A stretch of DNA of 64,000 bases from Ramazzottius varieornatus (Eukaryota > Animalia > Tardigrada): NCBI GenBank assembly GCA_001949185.1, contig BDGG01000001.1, forward strand, positions 1,422,263-1,486,262, read 5' to 3'. Below are positions 25,231-36,500 of the stretch, one piece after another. The position numbers were made by a program, and so were the translations under genes. The notes below the pieces were generated by a model that ran no database searches, was not told the origin of the DNA, and was given only the letters and a program-made list of their open reading frames with translations. Position 1 is the first letter of the stretch, and each line of letters opens with the position of its first letter.

Positions 25231-26390
25231 TCAATCGGTTGACAGATCTCCCACCAGTAGGTTCGAGTAGCTGTCGGTCAGATGTACAGCAAAGGTACCT
25301 TTGTCCGAAATTGCCATTCCATTCTCCAGCGTAGCCCTTCCCGTACATTCATATCTCCCTTCGTGCCGCGAGGCGTTAAAGTTAGAAATGCGCAGGCTTG
25401 AATGTACAATATACACATGATCAATGCAAGTGTAGCCTTCGAGGCCTTCTTTCTCCACGTAACCGGCACCCCACGACGCGTGCTGGAACTGCCAGCTGAT
25501 TCGTGGTTTGGGATATCCGGTAAAGTTGCAGCTCAAATCCAAAGAGTCCTGCCTCTCGACGTAAATGTTCTCAAACTGCATAGACGGCGCCACGCGGACA
25601 AGATCTACTAAAACAAATAAATGGAAGAGTCTCTCATTCTCCGAACACCTCCTGAAGGGAGCTCGGCATATAGGCCAGCTCGGCCAGATCGTCTTACAAG
25701 TGGCGCACGCCTTCATGCAATAACAATGGGAACGTGCGCCGCTCGGAAGAACAATGTCGTCGAGTTTGCCTGCGGAGCTCCTGAACAATGAAGACCCACG
25801 TTCTCGAACGAAGCGGAGCTGTTTTGTTAGAATGTGGGTGTGGTTATGGGAGGCAGTAGGTAATACTTCGGCTGTACAGTAGAATCGGACGAGTGGCTGC
25901 GTGGTGTCAACCGGAGCCAGGTCGAGAACAGTGTTTAGACGTCCGACGAAAGATCCCGAGCCACTACAGAGAACCCGGAAACATTGCCTTAGCTGGCTTC
26001 AAGAGTTTAGCCAACTTGCACTCCCTTACTCGGCTGTTGAGGTTGAAACTCTTAAACCGGATAGGCGTGTTGACCCCGTAGGTCCCAGTTGGAACATGGC
26101 CAGTCTGAAGGGATACCGAGAGCTACCACGACAACGGACAGTAACAGGCATATAATATCCAGTCACTGGGAAGAAGGAAGCCAAATCTGAAACTCCGCGG
26201 CTGGGTGTAATGTTGAGCAGAACATCTGGAAAGAATTAAGAGCGTTAAAGCTCTGCAAATCCGTTCGGACCTGATTGGCCTCAAACGGCAGTAAATTACC
26301 CTCTGCGTAAATGCCCAAAGACACGATCCACGTAAACCATAACGCAGCAACCATCGGCGCAATCCTCTGCCCGTTCAAACGTTTATCCAT
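25231..26390 (-). CDS. Secreted protein with two Ig-like domains, 4 exons
   Basis: Hydrophobic leader (MVAALWFTWIVSLGIYA); FQMFC..IW..VRFYCTAE (Ig1) across phase-compatible introns; GAAC|gtgggt..tag|AT joins to LDLSCNFTGYPKPRISW..SSLRISN..EGRYEC (I-set Ig2); no TM segment. Confidence 0.75.
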
Positions 26391-27277
26391 CAGCCCGCAA
26401 AAGTCAATGCACGCCCATAGCAAAAAAGTACATCCGCCACCAGCGCCCCCTGCCGGTGAAACACTTTGATTGATTGATTACTAAGCAACGAGTGACATGC
26501 TGGGCGCAGTATTGTGGCTCCCAACTGCAAAGGGAGGTTCAACCTTTGAAACCCGAAGCGGTTCTGCGTTCTACAGTAGATCTCAGTAAGTAAGAGAATT
26601 CCGCCAAGTTTACAAGAGCGCAGATTGTATCGCCAGACGCAGGCCTGTACGAACAGAGTTCTGCCATACAGCAGACTTCTCAAAAGTATGAGCGTTATCC
26701 CATCGGCCTGATCTTCATCATTGGCGCTGTAGATGAGCGGTTTTCTAGTTTAATGGTTTGTGACGTAACAATTCAGTACGCTCCTTGAACGGGCAGGCTA
26801 ACGTCAGACAAATCGAATCTGGATACCAGCAAGTATGCTCCAAGTTCTGCAATACAGCATCAGCTGTTCATACTTTTGGCAGTTGTACAGTATGGCAGAA
26901 CTCGTGTCCAGCCAGGCTCGCGCCTGTGTATCACCCGTGAAGTTTCGAGTTTACTCGTTTTGAACCTTTGATCTGAACGTCGATATTCACTCGAATAGAT
27001 AGGATCTCGCAAAAGCCTCCCAGTACAAAACTAAAAAATCCGCAAAACCAAAGGCATAACAACCATCTTTGGTAACATCAAAAGCGTCTCTGAAACTATT
27101 ACATCACAATGACAGGAACAAACACATTATGGTCCTAGCGGCTACCAGTCGGGAAACACCTAACCGGTACAAACTAATCGCATCTAAAAGCAGAAAGACC
27201 CACGAGATTTATTGTCTAATAAACCCGCAGTGAAGAACCATCGTCTTTTCTAAGAACCGAAGTTGGTCCAGTCATCC

Positions 27278-29307
27278 TTACCCTGTCGTTATACCGACAA
27301 GAACAATAGTTTGATTCGTCACCCTATCACACAACTCATGATCCCTCGGGTCTCCCCACCCACCATTGACCTTAGGATCCCTGGGCTTCATCAGCGCCTG
27401 ACTAGTTTTACTGAGCTTCTCCGGAAACAGTTTCCCTTCTGCATTCCGCACCGTCTCTACTGCGCTCTTCACATTAGCGGACGGATCACAGGCTGTTTTG
27501 TGGTGGATACCCCCACAGTCGCCTATGTGAAGTACCCGTGGCGCCAGTGGCAGAATCATATGGTACTCTTTCTTCAAACATTTTGTAATGACGAAGAAGA
27601 GACTCCAGTCCCAGTTGTAGTCGTCAATGTGGCAAAAGGTTTTTGCACAACTGTTGATTAGTTTGAACAGGTCGTGATCGAAGACTATGCCAATGTTATC
27701 GCGCGAACCCACCCATTGACCGATGAAGTAGCGCGCGTAAGCTTCAGGTTCGCTGGCGAGCTTGGTCTTGTGATGCGCCACTGATATCACCGCGCACCTT
27801 GGACTGCAGGCGATCTCGCGCTTGGCACTGAGCTCGTCGAGGACGTAAAGTGCGTCCGGCAGGAAGTAGTGGTCTTCCTCGACGAACAGCACCGGTACGT
27901 TGGCTCGTGCGGACGGTACGTGTGTGAAGACAAACTGAAACTGCAACCAGAACAGCAGTCCGTCACTTTAGCGACTTTATTCCATCCTTCAGGTGGGTTC
28001 TGAACGACGAGACCAGAAAACGCCATACCGATATGCAGATCTACTACAGTAAAAGACCGCACCAAACCCAGAAGCCTCCTCGTGCATTCAACTGCCATTC
28101 TTACAAGCACAAGAAAAGTTTTGCAGTCCGAAATAGCCTTCTGCTCTTAGATTATTTCTTTGGATACTCATTCTACCATCTCAAAAGCTTGTTGGAAAAT
28201 TCGAAAATTTTTTTTTCAACGACATGTTTCTGCGACCCGAGTCGTCTATATAAGACTTTGAGGCTCGAAATGTTTTCCTCACCTTCCACCACCAATGGTG
28301 CTTCACCTGCGTCAAGCGCGGCGTTCGATAGTTCCCATAGGTATCGGGATGGTCATGAAACAGACACCGTCTTTTGGTAGCTTCAGCCTTACCCACTCTG
28401 TCAGGACAGTCCTCGGGACACGTACCCGGAAACCTGTCGGGATGCAGTTGAAGTGAATGTGGAAAGTAAATCTGCACCGTCTACAAAAAAAATCGATCGC
28501 TCGACAAGCACCACTCATTGTACTAAACCCCGGAGCCGCAATCGAGTGGAAATATGATGTGATCAACAACAACTTCAACACGGTTTATGCTGTCATCCGG
28601 AAATCACCAGTGTCATGTTACGCACCTCGAAGCTTTTCGACACCGTGAAGGGCAGACTGTCAATTTCCTCGTCCACCACGTCGTGACTGAATATCACCAA
28701 AGCATCCCGAATATTCCGCAAACCTGCTAGCGACTCCAGCATCGCTTTGATGTACGTCTTGCGATCGTGAACCTGTACTACCATCACATAACGAAAGACC
28801 TGTAAAGGAGTAACACTGATTATCCAAAACCCGCGCAATCAATAATATGATCCGTATATTATCCTCTGGTTCGTTTCTGTCCAGATGAACCATGCCTGCA
28901 GGCATTATTGACCAGGCGTTAAAATAATACGCCACCGTGACGAATTACCATAAATAAATCCGTCACTCTCCGATGGGTCTTTTCCCGCGAAGAAACAATT
29001 CGGTATTTTTCACCCCAGCAAATAAAACACTTACTTTTATGTTTGAGAGATCTTTTAGCCGTTTGATGGCTTGTAAGTTGCGTTCCGACACCAGCTCGCG
29101 TAATGCCAAGACTTTGATGTCCTTCATGGGATCCGCTTCGTTGAACAGTGTTACGTTGTGGAATCCGTCGTCCACCGGGATCATCAGATGTCCCTGATTA
29201 TTGTGTCTGGCTATCACGGCGAGGTAGAACAGCCATATGAAGACGGTGAAGACAAATGCGGAGATGATGAAGCGTCTGGAAGGACGGACATGGAAGAAAG
29301 CGGTCAT
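27278..29307 (-). CDS. MGAT2: Alpha-1,6-mannosyl-glycoprotein 2-beta-N-acetylglucosaminyltransferase (GnT-II, GT16), multi-exon
   Basis: Type II TM anchor; VVQVHDR..LVIFSHD, QIYFPHSLQLHPDRFPG..PEDCP, YGNYR..TQVKHHWWWK, FVEEDHY, DDYNWDWSL, RVLHIGDCG and NGGWGDPRDHELC are diagnostic MGAT2 motifs. Confidence 0.97.
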
Positions 29308-30929
29308 GTCATCGATGAACAGTTAGGCTTCGATACGATCGACGGTCGCCATTCTCTTCCCAATCTATCATCCTTCCTCACCCTTTCTCCCGTCGGTTAT
29401 TTTCTGAATGATCATCGATCCCTCGGGTTTCACTAGAAATATATAGAGTCCACGATACCAGCTAGAATAAACCACACGAAAAACCATCCAGTTTTCCGTG
29501 GTGTAGCCAGAGTGATACTCTGGTGTAGCCTTGTGCCAGCAGTGGTTCGTGACGTGGAACACCTATCAATCAAGCAAAATGGATGGACTACTTCGCCCCG
29601 CAGTCAGATACGGACTGGATGGGCAGCAAGATTCCACTCATTCAGGCTGTTTCACATCGGAAGGTTTTCTCCGACGGCTCGCTGAATGCCCCACAGTCCA
29701 TGGCTTGCTCCGATGTCGGTGGAATCAATGCTTGTCGACTCTGGAAAACATAAACACCGCAAGATGATCATGATAAAAAAGTGGTGACTCGTTACTTGAT
29801 CTCAGCAATCAAGGACAAAGTCATAGCAGCTGCTGCGCCTGCGGCCTGCATGACCTTCCGAAAGACGTATTGATATATGCTGCGAACCAAAGTCTTCGTC
29901 ATGATTGTTTGGCATTGGGCCTGGTGATGAGACATTGACAGGCAAAGATTCTATGACGTACTGCGCCAGCTTGTTCTCGGAGCTAAAAGGGGCGGTGCGA
30001 GGGTTGCGGAACCGGCCCGGGCACACACCTGCACTTGCGGTGTTTTTTTCCACCTTAGATCCTATCTGATATACGATTTTCCACCATTCCACCCTAGACA
30101 ACAAAGGTGCCTTACGCAAGGTGGAAAAGGTGCCTTAAAATAATGCAGGGTGCCTTTGATAAGCTGGTCAAATTTCTAGTCATGATTACTCGGAACGCAA
30201 AAGTCTAGTACGAGTCTGACTCGATCGGGCGTGACTGGAGTGTGAAGCAAGGTTGTGTCTCAGCAGGCCACTGTGTTGCTGTGATTCAACAGTTTTGACT
30301 GGTCTTGGGCGCGGATCTAGCCGGTGAACAGGGTAAATTTGATCATCTGCAGGGTCGCGTTGAACAGTGGGCCGCGGGGGCCCGGCGCACTGAAAACCTG
30401 AAAACATGCCCCCACCGTCCGGCTTTTTCTTCGCCCGTTCATTACGAGTACGTGGGCGTTCTCTCATTTTAGGGGAAGTTACTGAGCATCCAGACTCTTG
30501 TGAGAAACAATCATACTTTAACCAGACTTTGACTGTAGTCGGGTCAATTGTTCTAAGTTTGCTTACGTTACAAGACGGACAGGGAGAGGCTTGACCAGTC
30601 AACTTCCACCCTGTGCCTGTGGATAATCTTCACGCTGCATCGGTTCAGCTTTGGTCATTGGGTGAGTGTCGGCTCCTCTATCCGAGCACCTGAGCTGCCT
30701 TTCTACAGTCAAGCAATCAGCTGCTCTGGTGGCATCACAAAGACGGCAACCTGCATTTCAATGAAGCTTTCACGGAAGCTAGTTCTCTTGTTTCTTCATC
30801 TTGGCTTTTATAACCCTTACCGCCTCATCTCGTTCCAATAGTTGGTGTACGGCGGAGGTGACCATAGCCTCTGACCGAGACCAAGACACAAAAACAATGC
30901 ATCGTCTTGAGAATCGTTATGTCGAGGGT

Positions 30930-30979
30930 NNNNNNNNNNNNNNNNNNNNNNNNNNNNNNNNNNNNNNNNNNNNNNNNNN
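30930..30979. other. Assembly gap (50 N)
   Basis: Run of N characters. Confidence 1.
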
Positions 30980-31091
30980 CTCGACATAAGTCCAAGTCAC
31001 GTCGCTCACCGAAGCGTCATAGTCTCGGCGGCGGAACGGGAACAGTTCGCCAGCGAAATTGACTTGATGACTACTGTAGTTTTCGAGATAC

Positions 31092-31133
31092 TTGACAAGA
31101 CTTAGCTTTGTTCTCAAAGCTAAGTCTTGTCAA
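31092..31133. repeat. Perfect 19-bp-arm hairpin
   Basis: TTGACAAGACTTAGCTTTG-TTCT-CAAAGCTAAGTCTTGTCAA. Confidence 0.9.
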
Positions 31134-31494
31134 AACATACGAGTTTTAACTTCCCACAAAAGCTGTCGAGCTTTCGGAATATCGCATCTATACGCGAGTG
31201 TACAATCGAGAAGCCTACGAAAATTCCGGGTGAAATTGTAAGAAAAGAAGATCCCATACTATTCTGCGAGGTTCAGCTCTAATGTTTATTGGTGTTTTGC
31301 AGTGCGGCATTAGGTAACTAACAAGTTGGCATGTAATTGTGATCTTTGTTCCTCTCTTGTGGACAAGACGGCTCGTGTAGATCTCTTTGTGGTATGACCA
31401 GACTGAGCTGTATCCAGTCGAGCGAGAGACCGCGCCGACTGACATACCATCAACCACATGCCTCGCATCCCCGGTCACTCTGTCCGAAAGGGTG

Positions 31495-32460
31495 GGGTAC
31501 GTTTTCCCCTAACTTCAACTCCTCCTAAGCGTCGCTCCGAAGAACCTCAGACACGAAGAACGCTTTCCCCTAACAGCTTCGCACCCGAAAAGCACCTACC
31601 CCTAAGATATGTCCTTATTCCCGAAGAATTAGGGGCCCGAACGCCCGAACAGCTTCGACCCCCAACAGTCACGAGCCTCAATAACTTTAGCCCCGACGAT
31701 CACTCTGCCCTAGAAAAAATTTGTTGTAATGTTCGGACTTTGGAATTGCCCTCCGGACCCTCCCTCAGTGGTCGAACGACGAATTAGCGAAAGTATTTCT
31801 CGCAGCTGGAATCGAGAGAAAGAGTGGTTTTTCGCATTTAGCTGCTGTTGAGCGAAGCACCTCGTACTGAATGACTTGAGCGGTATACCGTTGGTTCGAT
31901 CGAATCGATGCATGTCATTTCTCACAGCATCATCCTCATTTGCCCTTTTTCTTTGAGTTGTGGTCCATTGATAACTATATAAAACGTCCCTACTGGTTGA
32001 CTGATTATTTTCAGTTACATTTAGCTTTTGTTCTGCGGAAGTCGAATTGTCTGTCCCGGCTAACGAAAGTGGTAGTTCGGAAATCGAGACCGCAGATTTT
32101 TGTTTCTGGTGCCAACAACAAACCGAGCTTGGTATCGTTCGTCAACCCATCCAAATGAGGCAATATGATGCCTATTTAGAATTCAGTGAAGCGTTGAAAC
32201 GTTTTGACGCTGCAGTGATCAGTGATCAGATGCTTCTGAGAAAACTTGAGTAGCGAGAAGCGTTCTTCAGGGAAGGTGGTCTTCGGGTCCGCAGTTCTTC
32301 GGGGTCGAAGTTGATCGGGTTCGAGGCTGTTAGGGGAAAGTGGTATTCGGGTCTAGCTTTAATTTTTCGGGGCAAGAGTTCTTCGGGTAGGAGGCTGTTA
32401 GGTTTGCCGGTTAGGGGAAAGAGGATGTTAGGAGAAATTGTCATTAGGGTTCCAGGTACG
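31495..32460. mobile_element. Foldback-type element with ~15-bp subterminal tandem repeats in inverted orientation
   Basis: Left arm repeats TTTCCCCTAAC / CCGAAGAA / CCCGAA (31500-31720); right arm repeats GTTAGGGGAAA / TTCTTCGG / TTCGGG at ~15-nt period (32280-32450). Confidence 0.6.
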
Positions 32461-33581
32461 GGGCCGTCCGAAAGATTATGGAGAGGCGGATTCCGGTTTG
32501 ACCCGATCAACTTCATAATTTTATATCTCGAAAACTACAAAAGCCATCAAGTCAATTTCGCTGGCGAACTGGTAGAGAACACATTGAACTCTCACTAGAC
32601 GATTCTCGAATCTGGGTAGTTCAACCCTTTCTGAAGAATAATCTCGCCTTAGAACCGCGGAGTACTTGATCCCCAGGCTGGGTCGAATTAGCCTGGCTTG
32701 TCGAACTGGGCCTAGCTAGCTCGGCAGAGCCGGGCAGAGAGATATCTCGGGATAACGGTCTGGGGGAATATGATAAAACATGACATACTGGGATGAAGGT
32801 TATACATGCAGGTGCAGGAAACAACAAAACGGACTGATATTGGGGAAACCAATAGACGAGGATAACTTTTTCCTTTCGATATACGATATTGGACGCGGCA
32901 CCCTAAGGCCGGGCGCTAGTGCAAACCTGACCAAGCACTGTTTATTAATCCTGTGAATGGCTGTGGGGTTGAAATGCCCTCATCACCGACCCCGGGGCCG
33001 CTGACCATCAGCGAAACTTATTTTTCGGACAGCTGCGATTGCGAAAAGCAGATTTTCATCCAGGGAAACCGCGGGTCCGATGGGCTTTGCTCCGTTAAGT
33101 CTCACAGATGATTTTGATTGTTATTGCGTCTTGCTACGGATTTTGAGAAGATACCGTCGCGACTCTGGTTGCACGGGACGCTGCATGAAAAGGCTTTGCG
33201 TTGGGCGCTCAATGTCCATCAATGTCGATTACTTCGTCTTTCGAGCTGCTCAAAATTATCAGCCATCCCCTCGAGTCTCGTAAGAGGCAGTGGTGAGTAC
33301 GCTCTCCTGACATCATACTCTTCTGAGGAATGGCGTCAGCTAGGCTTGGACGTTCGAGAGTGTGACGATCGAGCGTCCTCTTCTCGCTCGCTTTTCGAGT
33401 GGCGCAGCAATGCCGTAGTTCATCATGGATTTATGCGCCATCAGGTCGATGATATATCTTTCTCTCAGTTGATTGGTTCTTTGGCTTTAGCCGGTTGATT
33501 GGCTCAGTTAAGCTAGTTGTGCTTCATAGCCTTCATTGAAGTGGTGTGTGGGTTTGGTTTCAGGCAGCCACCGAATGAGGG

Positions 33582-36500
33582 ATGGATCAGAACAGGAGAC
33601 CATCCACATCGGCAGGAATTCCAGCTGCAACCTCCGCACCCTCAACGTCGAAGAATGAACCTGCTTCCAGCAGAGGACATCGTAGTCGAAGAGAAGAGCA
33701 CGGTATACTGTAATTTTTGCTTCTGCGGATTTTTAGCTGCTGTAATCTTCAGACAGGGTCTTACTCCACAGAAGCGACAAAGAAGAAAGAATGGCGGCTG
33801 AGTAATTTAATCGTCCGGAGAGAGCCTCCGACGACTTCTCCGCGTTTGGCTCTCATCACTGATACCTATGCTCGCTCGCTCGTATTAACCAAGCCCGAAG
33901 TCGTGGGACCCTTGTTCTCCTACTACACACTGCAAGAGGTCCGGAAGATTCTCAAGGGTCGTATGGTCCTGTTTATTGGGGACTCAGGTACGAAACAAAT
34001 TCCTCGAACAGGAATTGTCATACCCGGTCGAACCGGCGCATTCTGTCGGTGGTCTTGTCGATAAAGTACGCCATCTGATAACATCCAACATACTGTTCGT
34101 AGTGACTCGATCCGTATACAAAGATTTGGTTCACATGTGCCAAGCTTCCTCCTTGGTGTATCCATTCGACTTACAGAAGAAAGGAGAGTTACGCCATGAG
34201 GGTGACCTGTTGGTCAAAGGCAGCAAGCTGCTAGGAAGGGCAGCCAGTAAAGGTATCGATTTCGAAGAGGTCCGAGCGTATATTCCGCAACCGAATCCAG
34301 AGTTCAGCACTCTTCTCTCGGTAAGCGCGTGCCAAAACTGGGCCGTAACTTGGCTGATCATTTCCATGCGTTCGTTCTGTCTTACACAGTTTGCATTCAC
34401 GACGAAAATGTACAATCTGAACACGAAAGATACGCTCGAAAACGGTTATTTCTCACCGCAATCGAAATTCGGCTTCCCGGAAATCGTCTTCATGAACTCG
34501 TGCCTTTGGGACATGGTCAGGTAATAATATCGTCCAATATTTTCTGTTTCAACATCCGAGAAGTTTTGCTGGAATATCTCGAGAATTACTGTGGATTTTT
34601 CCAGGTTACGAATTCAATTTCGAAAGTTCAATTTACAAGTTTTCAACTGGATTTCATTCCAGGTATCGGAAGTACCGAGACTTCAAGCATTTCGAGCCAG
34701 ACTACAAGAGTGACGTGAGAAAGTTCATCAAGCTGTTTCTCTCGTTGAGTGAGAAGCGGTCGTACCTGATCTTCCTCTCAACGCTTCCAGTCGGTCAGTA
34801 CGTCTCCGCTGCTTTCCTGGACGATCCGAAGACTGCGTGGGGCGGTCAGGCACAAGGAACACTGTGGAAGTACATCAAGGACAGCAACAAGGTGGTTCGT
34901 GATGTTGTCCGAACATTTCGTAAAGAAGGCCACCCTGTGGGCTACTTGGATCTGTACACGCTTGCCGAGAACCTGGATCTCAAGAAACAATGGCTTGAGA
35001 ACGTAAGACAGAAGTCGTGAATTGGGCGGGGGCGGCGATAGAGACGGTCTAGATTGTCCCCCAAGTGGCGCACGCGTTCAGCCAGTTGTAACAGAAACAT
35101 GCGCCACTTAAGAACGATCTTTGACGTTCCGTTTGCTGACTGTCCCTGTTCTACTTTGATACTGCAAGTTTACTTACCTAGTTTTGCAATGTTCAGGATG
35201 GAACACACTGGAAGCCGCAAGCCCACAGATTATTCTCCTACAATATTCTGTCTCTGGTCGCGAAGCTGATGAAGACAAAAATTCCACCAAAGCTCGAATT
35301 CGAACCCTACTTGAATGCTTGTGATGATTTGACGCGATTGTAAGTAACTGCTCTCTCTTGCAGGAAAGGGCGTTGTTATGCTGTTTCTGCGTGACTACTG
35401 GGATAATTATTTTGGGAGCTCGGCGAACAAACTTGACTACAGTACATTATTTTCTCCTGAATGGCGCACGCTTTCATCAAGTAACTCTGAGAATATGCGC
35501 CACTTGGGAACTCAACCAGGTCGTTTTTACAAGCAGGGCACGTTTCCGGCTAAAAATACCGATAGCGTGCGCTGCTTAGATAAACTATCTTACTGAGTTT
35601 GTTTGCCTGGGTCCCATTTCGGGCTGTATAGCTCGAACCAATACTCTTCAGGGTAGAAACTGGTTGGCTGTGATTTCTTATTGCAGTGATATTTGTGTGA
35701 AGTGGGAGATAACCGATTTCCTCCGGAAGTCCTGCATGACGATGGAGCAGATGGTAGACATGTGGGAAGCCCAGAAGAACGGCGCCACGTACGTTCCACC
35801 GCCTCCCACTCTCGATGTCCTGGGCTCTCGCGACGTCAACATGCTCAACGCTCCTGCCATTCCTCCTTTCTCAAGCCTGCAAAAGATGGAAGTGGACAGC
35901 CCGAGGGATTCGCCGAAGACGCTTTCCGCTGTGGTTAGTAACGGATTTACGAATTTTGTGCATCCTTCTTACGGTCCCGATCGATTTTAGAAAGCGCAGT
36001 CTCACTTTTAGCCCTTCTTTCATTAAGCAGCTCCTTTTTTATCTCCTTCTTACGCAATTTGGTTAGCCACGGTCAATTCGCTGAAAATTCCCAAAGATTA
36101 TTTGAGTTCAGAGTCTACTTTGTTGAAACCGCTGACGTTGTTCACCCATTTTTATCCGTCGTGGGATTCTATGAATCAATAAAAGAAACTGCTGTGAAAG
36201 TCTGATGTTATCTGTGTGTTTTAGAGTACGCCAGCGTATGTTGAGTTGGAAGACGGCGAGGTTGGTGATGCTCTCAGCGCGGATCCTCTTCCTAGAACGC
36301 CGAATGACACGTCCGAAATGTCTGCGGGAGCTGAAGCGGAAACACTGTGGCACAAGCAACAAGGTACGAACACAACGCTGATGGCCGTTGAGAATACCAT
36401 GAACGAAACTTGCCAACGGACGCCTGAGAAAGACCAAGATGAACCCATGGATACCTTTCCCGTCTCACCCGTAAACATTCAGCAAGGTAAAGTGGGAAGC

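Larger units (their letters stand above)
31043..32571. mobile_element. Non-autonomous TIR element (~48-bp TIRs) with nested structures
   Basis: CAGTTCGCCAGCGAAATTGACTTGATGA..GTAGTTTTCGAGATA at 31043-31090 and its inverted copy at ~32523-32570; no coding capacity recognised. Confidence 0.7.

Noticed and set aside
29400-30925. Faint PRORP/NYN-like peptides (SQDDALFLCLG; HCWHK..ENWMVF) on the minus strand
   Set aside because: Too short and interrupted by many stops; cannot be supported without a profile search.
33118-33498. LRR-like peptide CRLLRLSSCSKLSAIPSSL
   Set aside because: Single repeat with no reconstructable gene; may be leader sequence of the PCED1-like gene.
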